Shown here in pieces: positions 35,445 through 44,338 of a DNA stretch of 64,000 nt. The notes under the pieces are model-generated. The model was not told the DNA's origin, made no database searches, and worked only from the letters and a program-made list of their open reading frames with translations. The position numbers and the translations under genes were made by a program. Origin of the DNA: a virus (Duplodnaviria > Heunggongvirae > Uroviricota > Caudoviricetes); the IMG/VR virus record IMGVR_UViG_3300014043_000003, positions 5,850 to 69,849 of that record. One strand, given 5' to 3'. Each line of letters starts with the position of its first letter. Position 1 is the first letter of the stretch.

Positions 35445-35964
35445 TTTTTCTCCTTTTCAATGCGGCTTCGGCCGCTTCCCGAGTGAGGAAAACATCTTTC
35501 CCGATTGCATCGGCCCACACGCCGTCAATCTTGTGTTCTCCAATTATGCCTTCTTCGAGCCTCCAAGCGCAGAACATGTATCTTGGCGTTATGCTGACAT
35601 GAAGCACACGGAACACAGACACAAAGTCCCTTGTCAGGGCATACAGCTTGTCCCCAGGCTTACAGGGGAGGTCCACAGTGAGACCGGATTTCCGTTTCTC
35701 CTTGTTTTCCTTGTACTCCAGGCAAATCGCGGCGAGAGAGGCCAGATCCTCGCTCTTGTATATTGCTCCGGTCATATTGTGCTTCATCTTCTGGATCTCT
35801 TCCGGCTCAAGCCCGGTGTCCTCATAAGCTGCGAGCTTGAGGAGCGCCACACGTATATCGTGTCCGGACATTTCGCTCGGTTCTACGAATACGTCAGGAT
35901 CATCCGTTGACGCCATCCGCACAATTTCTTCGGTTTTCTTAGTCAGCCTTTCCATCGGCAGCAC
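35425..35964 (-). CDS. Hypothetical protein
   Basis: 179-aa ORF. Confidence 0.4.
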   Translation of the reverse strand: MLPMERLTKKTEEIVRMASTDDPDVFVEPSEMSGHDIRVALLKLAAYEDTGLEPEEIQKMKHNMTGAIYKSEDLASLAAICLEYKENKEKRKSGLTVDLPCKPGDKLYALTRDFVSVFRVLHVSITPRYMFCAWRLEEGIIGEHKIDGVWADAIGKDVFLTREAAEAALKRRKNETTNI

Positions 35965-36565
35965 CTTCCGCTTCTTTTTCCGCCTTTAGGCATTTCTCGT
36001 ATTCTTTATTTATTATGTCGGTGATAGACTTGATGCTCGTTTTTGAATTGTAGTGAAACTCAAAGGTAAACAGGATATCGTCGGAGAACACCTTCCGGGC
36101 CTTTACCTTGCAGATATTCCTGTCGTATTCAAGCCCGCCAAATCTTACTGTGTATGAGTGATCGGCGGCAGCGAAGGCCTTCCAGACCTTCTGGTACACC
36201 TGATACTGGACCCCTTCAAGCAGTTCATAATAACCAAGAAGATGTTTTGGGAGTCGCATAAAGGACTCATTTCCGTAGTTGCACAGCCTGTCGCTCCCGA
36301 TCTCCCTGATTACGACCATTCCGCTTTTATCCGGCGGCTCATGCACAAAGCCTACAATGAAATCGTTCGGACGGAAGGACGTGGAGGCAACAACCAGATC
36401 CCCGCGCTCAAGCGGTCTCCTTACGTTTTTGCTAAATCCCAAGAGTGGAGGCTGATCATTTTGCCACTTGTTTACCTCCCCGCGGTCATACAGCGCTTTC
36501 CTGAACACCTCCTGCAGAAGCATCATAAGAATACGTTCTTTGTCTGTCATCGTAGTTCCTCTCAT
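35939..36565 (-). CDS. Hypothetical protein
   Basis: 208-aa ORF. Confidence 0.4.
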   Translation of the reverse strand: MRGTTMTDKERILMMLLQEVFRKALYDRGEVNKWQNDQPPLLGFSKNVRRPLERGDLVVASTSFRPNDFIVGFVHEPPDKSGMVVIREIGSDRLCNYGNESFMRLPKHLLGYYELLEGVQYQVYQKVWKAFAAADHSYTVRFGGLEYDRNICKVKARKVFSDDILFTFEFHYNSKTSIKSITDIINKEYEKCLKAEKEAEGAADGKAD

Positions 36566-37152
36566 TTGCTATCGCATTGCGCGGCTCTTTTTTCTCTCTC
36601 GTTCATGTCGTTGATCATTCGCATGACCTTGAGGGCATCCGCCTGGATCACATGGTTTTCGATGGTCTCAAGCTCGGCCTTCGTCGGCTTGAAGTATTCA
36701 TTGCACAGGGCCTTTACATTCCGGATGGTGATTTGTACGTTGTCCGGCAAAAGCTCCATAGCGTAAACAGATTCCAGAGCCGTTGTGAAGTCAGCACGCT
36801 TTTTGCACCTCTCGAACTTTCTGCGCAGGATCTCCACGACGAAAACCCCTTCGCCGCATGTTGGCTCCAGAAAGGTGCTTTCCGGCTCGAATGCATTCTG
36901 TGGGAGGCTGTCACACATCAGGTCAACGACCCATTGCGGTGTGAAGACTTCTCCAAATTTTGACACTCTCTCAGCTTTTGTGAGGCGTTGTACTGAATCT
37001 GTCCCCAAGTCTTCCCGTGCTTTTTCCTGAATGCTTCTCGCCCCCCTTTGGATGCTTTCACCACCTTCGGATAACAGCTCTCGCACAGGCGGATAGGTTC
37101 TCCGCCCCATGCTGTAACCCCTTCCATATACGGTTTTCCGCATATGTGGCAA
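36562..37152 (-). CDS. Protein with an N6-adenine-methyltransferase-like N-terminal motif pair (FGEVFTP...EPTCGEGVF). The N-terminus is uncertain and overlaps the upstream ORF
   Basis: The 'FTP' and 'EPxCGxG' motifs resemble motif X/I of gamma-class methyltransferases, but no NPPY motif follows. There is a 234-bp overlap with 36918..37385. Confidence 0.35.
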   Translation of the reverse strand: MPHMRKTVYGRGYSMGRRTYPPVRELLSEGGESIQRGARSIQEKAREDLGTDSVQRLTKAERVSKFGEVFTPQWVVDLMCDSLPQNAFEPESTFLEPTCGEGVFVVEILRRKFERCKKRADFTTALESVYAMELLPDNVQITIRNVKALCNEYFKPTKAELETIENHVIQADALKVMRMINDMNEREKRAAQCDSK

Positions 37153-37385
37153 TACCCATCAAGGCGGCGCGTCGGGTAGCTCGGTTCTTTCTCCTGCTTG
37201 ATGTATTCGATCGGCGTTTTGTGGCGGTAATGGGTGTGCTCAAAGCACCGCGGATGTCCGGAAATCGTGTAGGCATCTTCTTTTCCGCATTCCGTACACA
37301 AATGGTGCTGCCGGAAGAAATCTCGGCGCTCCTTCATGTACTGACGGTGGTAAGCGCGCCTATCCTCAATTTTCTTGTACCCCAT
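36918..37385 (-). CDS. Zinc-finger hypothetical protein (C-terminal part doubtful)
   Basis: CTECGK...H...CHICGK...CESC. The C-terminal 70 aa overlap the methyltransferase-like frame. Confidence 0.35.
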   Translation of the reverse strand: MGYKKIEDRRAYHRQYMKERRDFFRQHHLCTECGKEDAYTISGHPRCFEHTHYRHKTPIEYIKQEKEPSYPTRRLDGYCHICGKPYMEGVTAWGGEPIRLCESCYPKVVKASKGGREAFRKKHGKTWGQIQYNASQKLRECQNLEKSSHRNGSLT

Positions 37386-37578
37386 CCGAGACAGCCATCA
37401 CCTTTTCTGGATTTACATATACGATGCAGTTTTCATTTTTGTCCAACAAGCCAGCAGAAATGACGAGCTTCTTTGCCGGGCAGCTATAAACGATCTGGCA
37501 AACTTTCAGGTACTCAATACCGTTGCATGTTACAGGCACAGCGTTGAACAGAGCGTCTTTCAGCTCGGTATTGGTCAT
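37366..37578 (-). CDS. Small hypothetical protein
   Basis: 70-aa ORF. Confidence 0.3.
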   Translation of the reverse strand: MTNTELKDALFNAVPVTCNGIEYLKVCQIVYSCPAKKLVISAGLLDKNENCIVYVNPEKVMAVSDGVQEN

Positions 37579-38114
37579 GATTTCTCAGACACAGTGAAGC
37601 CAAACGGCACTTTCCCGGCGGCAATAGATTTCAAGTGCATCACAACAGAGTTGGCAGCACATCCATCGCTCAAGCCCTCCAGTTCTTCTCTGGCTGCTTT
37701 CTGGACTGCCTCCCATACTTCGGGTTTGATCGTTTTATTGAAGCTGTCTTCGTACTGCGGGTAAAGGAGTTTGTCATAGTCGATGATCTTCAGTCCGCAC
37801 TTATTGCTTGTGTAGGTCCAGTTGCGAATGAAGTCCCACATCACAAAGCCAGCCTGGAATCCGGTGATTCCTCCACGCGCGCCCTCCATTCGGTCACACG
37901 CCCAAGCCGTGGCGACCGTACAGGCGCCGATCGCGCGGCAGACAGTCCCGTAGTCATGAACATAGTCGTTCATCACATGGCGGATGAACTCAGGCAGCGT
38001 ATCAAATGTCTGATCTCTCGCCTGCTCAAACCACTCCTGGATCTCGGCTTTGTTGTCTTCTTCGGTGATCGCCTTTTTGGTGCTTTCCTCAGTGATTCTC
38101 TTCTGTTCGTCCAT
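37575..38114 (-). CDS. Hypothetical protein
   Basis: 179-aa ORF. Confidence 0.4.
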   Translation of the reverse strand: MDEQKRITEESTKKAITEEDNKAEIQEWFEQARDQTFDTLPEFIRHVMNDYVHDYGTVCRAIGACTVATAWACDRMEGARGGITGFQAGFVMWDFIRNWTYTSNKCGLKIIDYDKLLYPQYEDSFNKTIKPEVWEAVQKAAREELEGLSDGCAANSVVMHLKSIAAGKVPFGFTVSEKS

Positions 38115-38547
38115 CTTGTTCCTCCAGATATTTTTCCCATGTCCGGCGCATCGGTGGATCTTTGGTCCAGCCCCATGTGCGCTCGTATTTTTCTGTCAGC
38201 TCCTTGGCATGAAGCGCAGCTTCGCGGGCGGTGTAGAAAACCTTCGTCCCAATATCAGACAGCTTGTGATAGCGCGGAGTAGGAGAACTGTAGTCTCCAT
38301 TTGGTATTGGGCCGCACATTACCAGTTCTACGTATCCACCCTCAAAATAGCTCTCAATAGGGGCAGATGTAACTACATACTCCAAACGCACCAAGACGCT
38401 GCCTTTTTCGTAATACCTGTTTTCATGTACATCCCACATCACGGTCCCGATCGGCGGCCTTTTCTGTCTTGCTCCCATACGCCCCCCTATCAGATAGCCA
38501 CGGCCTGCATCAGGGCGGCCATGTCTACGTAAGTAACCTGGCACCAC
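38089..38547 (-). CDS. Hypothetical protein
   Basis: 152-aa ORF; the start is uncertain. Confidence 0.35.
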   Translation of the reverse strand: MVPGYLRRHGRPDAGRGYLIGGRMGARQKRPPIGTVMWDVHENRYYEKGSVLVRLEYVVTSAPIESYFEGGYVELVMCGPIPNGDYSSPTPRYHKLSDIGTKVFYTAREAALHAKELTEKYERTWGWTKDPPMRRTWEKYLEEQDGRTEENH

Positions 38548-41177
38548 TCCGGCATGTTGGCCTTAACCACAGCCGTCGCCATCGGCGGGCACACCGCGTT
38601 CCCGCAGCGCGCGACCTGTGCCGTCTTCGGGTAATCCTTCCCCGTGTAATCCTTATCAATGACATAATCGTCTGGGAATCCCATTGCCGAGTACAGCTCC
38701 CGCGGTGTCAGCATTCTCATAGAAATATCGCTCAGGTAATACCATGTCCCACCGAGATTCAACAGTAGGATCTCATCATCAGCCAGCTTATAATCGCAAT
38801 ACTTGTTCAGGAGCGCGCGGATCTCCGGCCAGTGGCCCAAAGACTGTGTTCCCGGCGCGTATTTCTCGATGCGCACCGAGGCAACCGCAAACTCCCCGCC
38901 GCCGGCCGTGACCGTCTGCATAGGCTCCGCAGGGATTTGCCCAAGATTGTCGCCCTTGAATTTGACGACGTGAACAGCAGTCAGGGCCTCCCGGTCATGC
39001 CCGGTAACTGTGTGCATCGGCTCCCGAAGATCCAGAGGGACCCCGTTGCCGTAATACTCGGTCAGATGAGCAGCCGTCAGGCTGTATCTGTTGGAGGAAT
39101 CCACGGTCGGAAGAGGATCGCGCAGGCCGTTTGCTCTGACTGTTTCGGTCTGCTCCGTGTGGTACTGGATCAGGTTTGTTGCGACAAGGCCCTTCGTGCA
39201 TTTCTGGGTTATTGTCCCAAGCGGTGTATCTGTCCCAGCGACATGTCCGCCTCCAGAGTGGTTACACTCCGCAATGAACGGCTTACCGCTCTTGATGGTG
39301 AACTTATCCACGCCGCGGATGATTCTCCGCATAGTGTTGTTCGCAAGAGGCCGGACGGCGTTGACGCCGTATTTCTCCTTGAGTTGTTCTTTTGTATCGA
39401 ATACGGAGTACATCGGAACGCTCCAGTTGATGATCTCCGCGGCGGAGCGCCACGGCTTATACTTGCCGCTCTTGACCTCCTCGCTGTCTACAGGCGCGTG
39501 TGTCCGTTCAGGCCACACAACGGGCTTTCCGTCGCACCTTGCGACAAGGACGAAGCGCTTGCGCGTGGTAGGGGCGCCATAGTCGGCTGCCACCAGCTCA
39601 CGGTGTTCGACCTGATACCCCAGGTCTTGGAGTTGCTTGAGCCACTTTTTGAAGGTCTCCCCAGCCTTTTTCTTGATCGGTTTTCCCTTGCGGACGGGTC
39701 CCCAGGTCTGGAACTCCTCCACGTTTTCGAGGATGATGACGCGAGGCCGAACAGTACCGGCCCAGCGAAGCACGATCCATGCGAGGCCCCGGATATTCCG
39801 GTCCACGAGGGCGCTGCCCTTGGCCTTGGAGAAGTGCTTGCAGTTGTGGACGATGACTCCCTCAGCAATGTAGCTTTCGTCCTTATCGACGCTGATGTTA
39901 TAAAACTCTTTCTGATTGCCGGTGACGGTCGTCTCTTTGATCGGCGCCCAGAGGACGCCGTCTTCTGTGAAGGTCTGCCTATGTTTCTCCTCAACAGCGC
40001 GGCGCCACTTGACCCTGAATTGGTCTCTGGTGTTGACGACTCGGCCCTCTATTGGCCGTCCAGGAGCATCGGCGGCATACACCATAGGGGAAAACCCGAC
40101 CGTACCAGCAAGCGTTTTGAGGCCATACGCGAGCTTCTTGGAGACTGTAGTTGCCTCCACCAGTCCATCCTTCTCATAACCGTCCGCGCTGAGGTAGCCC
40201 GCGAGGAACGCTCCACGCAATCTCATACTGGAGCCGAACAGCCACGCCGGGATTTTCTTCTCTCCCGCCAAATGGCCGAAGTTCTCGCGGAGCCACTGGA
40301 CAAGGCTTCGATTGCTGCATGTAAACTGCCCGCCTGTCCTGACCTTCCTGAAATGCCATGCAAGCTCTCCATCCTTGCATCGCAGCCCCGTTCGCGGCCA
40401 CATATCCAGATTCTTCTGCAGATATTCGATGTCCTGCGGTCCGCAGCAGATGACAAGCTCACCACGCTTTTCGCTCAGGCGACTCCATCCATCACCGACG
40501 TATCTGCCGGCGAGCCACAAGAGGCGCTCGTCAATCGGAAGGACAGAGCACTTGCCGCTCGACTTTGTCATCAGGGGAATCGGGAGCTGTTCAATCTCGA
40601 TCGGCATTCCCCAATAATCCTTTGGCGTCAGCTCTTTGGCCTTCTTCCAGACCGGGGCACTGTATTGGTGATCGTAGTTTCTGCGGTCATTGTTCCACAC
40701 CTCCGAGCGCTCTCTGACATAGAACGGATGCCCGGTGCTGCACACGATTCCCGGATGCCCATAGCCTTTGACGATCATCTCATCTCTGAGCGTCTTCATT
40801 GTGGCCGTGACCTTTCTCCACCTGTTCTTGTGGGTGAGGACGCAGTCTCCCTCGCGGATCTCCTCAATGGGCTTGTAGCCATCTGTGGTGAGGATCAGCG
40901 TCCCCGCTTCAAAACAGTCAGGGGAAAACCACGCGAGGCCAACAGGCCGCCCAGCGCACACCTCCGTCGGGTCAACATCCCAAACCGAGGCTTGGAGGTG
41001 CAGCGTATAGGGGTGATTCGTCTTGTGCATGAGTATGGCCGCGGGATTGTGATTGATCGCTATGGTAACAGGGCGGCCGGTTGCCAGCTCTATCCCGGTA
41101 GAGGCACCGCCACCGCCGGCGAAGTTGTCCACGATAATCTCATCAAGGAGATTGATCTGTGCGTTTTCTCGGCTCAT
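38490..41177 (-). CDS. dcm: DNA (cytosine-5)-methyltransferase interrupted by an intein with a LAGLIDADG homing-endonuclease domain
   Basis: Motif I ..VDNFAGGGGAS, motif VI ..VIILENVEEF, motif X ..GNAVCPP. The catalytic PC motif is split: FSPD|C FEAGTLILTTDGYKPIEEIREGDCVLT (intein block A) ... IVCSTGHPFYV (block B) ... LWLAGRYVGDGWS and FLAGYLSADGY (two LAGLIDADG motifs) ... EGVIVHN|CKHFSKAKG (intein C-terminal HN plus the +1 Cys). Confidence 0.8.
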   Translation of the reverse strand: MSRENAQINLLDEIIVDNFAGGGGASTGIELATGRPVTIAINHNPAAILMHKTNHPYTLHLQASVWDVDPTEVCAGRPVGLAWFSPDCFEAGTLILTTDGYKPIEEIREGDCVLTHKNRWRKVTATMKTLRDEMIVKGYGHPGIVCSTGHPFYVRERSEVWNNDRRNYDHQYSAPVWKKAKELTPKDYWGMPIEIEQLPIPLMTKSSGKCSVLPIDERLLWLAGRYVGDGWSRLSEKRGELVICCGPQDIEYLQKNLDMWPRTGLRCKDGELAWHFRKVRTGGQFTCSNRSLVQWLRENFGHLAGEKKIPAWLFGSSMRLRGAFLAGYLSADGYEKDGLVEATTVSKKLAYGLKTLAGTVGFSPMVYAADAPGRPIEGRVVNTRDQFRVKWRRAVEEKHRQTFTEDGVLWAPIKETTVTGNQKEFYNISVDKDESYIAEGVIVHNCKHFSKAKGSALVDRNIRGLAWIVLRWAGTVRPRVIILENVEEFQTWGPVRKGKPIKKKAGETFKKWLKQLQDLGYQVEHRELVAADYGAPTTRKRFVLVARCDGKPVVWPERTHAPVDSEEVKSGKYKPWRSAAEIINWSVPMYSVFDTKEQLKEKYGVNAVRPLANNTMRRIIRGVDKFTIKSGKPFIAECNHSGGGHVAGTDTPLGTITQKCTKGLVATNLIQYHTEQTETVRANGLRDPLPTVDSSNRYSLTAAHLTEYYGNGVPLDLREPMHTVTGHDREALTAVHVVKFKGDNLGQIPAEPMQTVTAGGGEFAVASVRIEKYAPGTQSLGHWPEIRALLNKYCDYKLADDEILLLNLGGTWYYLSDISMRMLTPRELYSAMGFPDDYVIDKDYTGKDYPKTAQVARCGNAVCPPMATAVVKANMPEWCQVTYVDMAALMQAVAI
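39843..40916 (-). other. Intein (about 358 aa, Hint plus LAGLIDADG endonuclease) inserted at the catalytic Cys of the C5-methyltransferase
   Basis: Boundaries inferred from Cys1 (aa 88) through His-Asn (aa 444-445) with Cys +1. Coordinates are approximate. Confidence 0.65.
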
Positions 41178-41371
41178 TCGCTGTCCTTCTTTTCTTCGTC
41201 GGAATTATTGGCCTGCTTGTTGTTTCTCACCGTCACTCCGTTGAGCAACACCAAAACCAGAAACCAAAGCAGGGACCATTTGTGGAACTGGACGGCCGCG
41301 TAAGTAACGCAAACCGTTATCGCTATGTTCTCAAGGGTTACGCAAAGCCACGCTACCGCTATAGCCATCAT
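41174..41371 (-). CDS. Small membrane protein
   Basis: 65 aa, hydrophobic. Confidence 0.35.
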   Translation of the reverse strand: MMAIAVAWLCVTLENIAITVCVTYAAVQFHKWSLLWFLVLVLLNGVTVRNNKQANNSDEEKKDSE

Positions 41372-41703
41372 TTGTCATACCCCGCAATTCCGAATTTCCT
41401 GAAAATCTCCTTGAGCTCAGGAACCTGGAGGACCTTCATGTTGCGGAAGCCATCCTTCTTGAGGGGAGATCCACCAAGCTCGTCCGCGATGATTCTCGAA
41501 ATGGCATTCCACTTATTATTGATTTCGAGGACCGCGCGGGCGGCCGACTCATTCGACCGGATCTTCCTTGCCTCCAGCGTGCGGCTGAGGTCTTCCTGGA
41601 GCTCGTTTAAGATCTTCGACGTGATCTCTATCAGCTTTTCCTGACTCTGGACGTTCTCCTTGATCTCCGGTATGTATTTCCGTGCATAGTCCTTTGCCTT
41701 CAT
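41368..41703 (-). CDS. Hypothetical protein
   Basis: ORF 41368..41832; start taken at MKAKDYARKY to avoid overlap. Confidence 0.35.
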   Translation of the reverse strand: MKAKDYARKYIPEIKENVQSQEKLIEITSKILNELQEDLSRTLEARKIRSNESAARAVLEINNKWNAISRIIADELGGSPLKKDGFRNMKVLQVPELKEIFRKFGIAGYDK

Positions 41704-41707
41704 CCTT

Positions 41708-42076
41708 TTACTCCTTCTTAAATCCCGGAACCTGTACCGGGTTTTCTTTCTTGAAGCCAATGTAGACACTTGCTTTCCGGCCGATGACTCGCCCATAGAA
41801 ATCCGTCTTGTCTTCAATGGGTAAGGCTTCAAAGATCTTCTCTGACATGTCGGCCTTCAATTTCTCGTCAATAATTCGAAGAAGCACGGCCTTCATGTCG
41901 TCGTCGCTCGTGTGATAGTCGCTCATAAATGTGTGTTCACACCTGAGCTCCTTGAAATCAAACGAGGAAGGTTGTTTCGTCATCGGGAGCCAGTACAAGG
42001 TCGTTCCGCAGTACGGGCAAATGCTGGAAAACCCGATTGGCGCGCCGCAGTTTGGGCAGTTATATTTTCTGTCCAT
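41708..42076 (-). CDS. Zinc-ribbon hypothetical protein
   Basis: CPNCG...CPYCG. Confidence 0.4.
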   Translation of the reverse strand: MDRKYNCPNCGAPIGFSSICPYCGTTLYWLPMTKQPSSFDFKELRCEHTFMSDYHTSDDDMKAVLLRIIDEKLKADMSEKIFEALPIEDKTDFYGRVIGRKASVYIGFKKENPVQVPGFKKE

Positions 42077-42083
42077 TGCCTTT

Positions 42084-42653
42084 TCAATCCTCGAAGTCCA
42101 TGTACATCCGGCTTGCCTGGACGCCGTTGTTTCCCTGATACTTTCCGCTGTAGGGCTTCAGGCACTCGCCCTTGATCGGCTGGTAGTACACCTGGCCGAT
42201 GCTCACATCCGCATAAATACGGATCGGCTGGATCGGCGTGATCTCCAAGGTCCAGCGGCCATCAAACCCCGGATCGCCAAACCCGGCGGTAACATGGACA
42301 AACACGCCGAGGCGTCCTACAGAGGAACGCCCGTCAAAGATCGGCTCCAGATTGGTGCCTGTAATGGTCCTCTCTTTGGTCATGCCGAGGTACAGCCGGC
42401 CGGGATAAATGACAAGCCCCTCTTCCGGGATCTTGATCTTCTTCGTGGGATTATTCTTTTTCATGTCAAGGACGCCGTGAACAGACGCCATGTAGCCATG
42501 TCGGGGATCAACATAGTCTGTTTCATAGATGAGGAGCGTATCGTCCAAACGGACGTTGTAGCTCGCTCCGTTGAGCTGGTCACGGGAAAAGTTTTCGATT
42601 ACGATGTTCCCGGCTTCCACCTCTTTCAGAATTTCGCTGTCGGCGAGAATCAT
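42084..42653 (-). CDS. dcd: dCTP deaminase (dUTPase-fold)
   Basis: ..IFDGRSSVGRLGVFVHVTAGFGDPGFDGRWTLEI.. conserved dCTP-deaminase segments. Confidence 0.7.
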   Translation of the reverse strand: MILADSEILKEVEAGNIVIENFSRDQLNGASYNVRLDDTLLIYETDYVDPRHGYMASVHGVLDMKKNNPTKKIKIPEEGLVIYPGRLYLGMTKERTITGTNLEPIFDGRSSVGRLGVFVHVTAGFGDPGFDGRWTLEITPIQPIRIYADVSIGQVYYQPIKGECLKPYSGKYQGNNGVQASRMYMDFED

Positions 42654-42801
42654 TGTGCGTGTCCTCTCTTTTTCCTTTTGCCATTCATAAATGCCTCTTG
42701 CCATTTACGAAGGAAAAATAAATAGCTGTGTCCAGCACCTATATATTATCATATATAGGCACTCGCGTCAACTGTTTTGGTAACTTTTTACCTTGTTTTG
42801 C

Positions 42802-43452
42802 TTACAGTTTGTAGATCTTGCTTCTTCTCTTGCCGGTCCCCTTCTTGTACTCGTCTATCCAAACGACGCTGCCGTTCTTGTAGTGGCGATAGTGGCCGCG
42901 GACAGAAAAGATGCCGTTCGGCTTTGCGTGGCCTCCCCGCTTGTGAATGGAGATCCCGGTCTTGCCGCGACGCATGAGATAGGTGACAGGATCGTCCGGC
43001 TTTTTCTTCTTTGCCGGTTTTGCTGTGTTGCTTTTCTTTGCTTCCTTCGGCTCTTTTTCCGCTGCAGGAGAGGCAGCCTTTTCCTCCTCCCCTTCCGATA
43101 TATCAGGGCATCCGTAGGCCATGAGGGCCATAAGCGAGCAATAGAGAGTAATGACAGACTGCAGTTCCTCCGGCTTCACCTTCATCGTATTTTTTCCTCT
43201 GGCAGCCAACTGCTTTACATTTCCGCGATATATGATCTCGAAGTGCGCGGCGCCGAGAGGCTTTCCGTCAAGGGCAAGGTGGAGATCTACCCTGTCGCTG
43301 TTGCGGAAGCCGCGGATTGTGAAGCCGCTGTCCTTGCAGATGATCTCGATGCCGCGAAGCGATGGAGGCATGGAGCGAACAAAATCCTTGTGCTCATCGC
43401 GCCACTCGAAGAGCGCGTCTATATCCTTTTTGGTGAGGATCGCTTTGTCCAC
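42802..43452 (-). CDS. Hypothetical protein
   Basis: 216-aa ORF with a basic C-terminus. Confidence 0.4.
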   Translation of the reverse strand: MDKAILTKKDIDALFEWRDEHKDFVRSMPPSLRGIEIICKDSGFTIRGFRNSDRVDLHLALDGKPLGAAHFEIIYRGNVKQLAARGKNTMKVKPEELQSVITLYCSLMALMAYGCPDISEGEEEKAASPAAEKEPKEAKKSNTAKPAKKKKPDDPVTYLMRRGKTGISIHKRGGHAKPNGIFSVRGHYRHYKNGSVVWIDEYKKGTGKRRSKIYKL

Positions 43453-43481
43453 GCCGTTCGCCTCCTTTCCGTTTTTATAGG

Positions 43482-44129
43482 TTAATCCCAGTAGGCATTT
43501 ATATCCTTATATTGAGGAAAATGCTCCTCCATATAGTTCTCAACCTCACCGCGGAGGCGCTTCATGATGGCATCGGAGGCATCGTATTGGATGCACCCAT
43601 TTACCTTCGGTGGCGCCGGAACATGCTCCGTCTCATAAATCACTTTGTCTCCGTCAAGAGCAACTCCGTGATAATCAGACGCATCCCACGTCTCCCAATC
43701 CGCCGTTTCAGGTGCGCAGTGGTTGGCGTAGACGCTATACCGGCATTTGAAGTATAGGTCTGCGTACCTGTCGTATGGTGCGGCTTTGTAGCAGAATTTT
43801 GCTCTGAGCCTCCCTTTGCTGTCGCGGAGCTCGCTCCACAGCGGCCCGTCGTATTCTGATGCGCGGATTTCCCATCCTTCCGGCAGAGCGACATTGTAGA
43901 ACAGGTCATCGTACTCGCCGATAACCTTAATTCCCATTCTTTCGTACTGGGCCCTTGCATCAACCTCCTTGCAAACTGCGATGTAGTGGCCGCGCGGAAG
44001 CCTCTGGTTTCTCACGACGTCCTGCTGGCCTCTGCGTTCGGCATCTTCAATGGCTTTTGCCGGGTTTATCCCTTCGGCAGCATAGAGCATTGCGTCAAGC
44101 AAGATGCGTTCTGCTTCTGAAGTGTTCAT
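43482..44129 (-). CDS. Hypothetical protein
   Basis: 215-aa ORF. Confidence 0.4.
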   Translation of the reverse strand: MNTSEAERILLDAMLYAAEGINPAKAIEDAERRGQQDVVRNQRLPRGHYIAVCKEVDARAQYERMGIKVIGEYDDLFYNVALPEGWEIRASEYDGPLWSELRDSKGRLRAKFCYKAAPYDRYADLYFKCRYSVYANHCAPETADWETWDASDYHGVALDGDKVIYETEHVPAPPKVNGCIQYDASDAIMKRLRGEVENYMEEHFPQYKDINAYWD

Positions 44130-44146
44130 CTTATGTGATCCTCCTC

Positions 44147-44338
44147 TCAGGCATTCACGACCTTGTTGATATCATAGTGGCTGCACTGGAGAGTCTTGGT
44201 CTTGCCGTCGGCGAAAGTGCATGTCCAGAACTTTGTCGGGCGGCCGTTACGGCCTTTGCTCCAGGTCATTTCGACCGTTTCTACATCGTCCTGGCGCAAG
44301 TAGGTCTCGCGCCTCTTATCCCAGAAGAAAACAGTCAT
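44147..44338 (-). CDS. Small hypothetical protein
   Basis: 63-aa ORF. Confidence 0.3.
   Translation of the reverse strand: MTVFFWDKRRETYLRQDDVETVEMTWSKGRNGRPTKFWTCTFADGKTKTLQCSHYDINKVVNA

Noticed and set aside
38832-41303. 823-aa + strand ORF
   Set aside because: It is antisense to the intein-containing C5-methyltransferase and has a GC-rich frame with no motifs.
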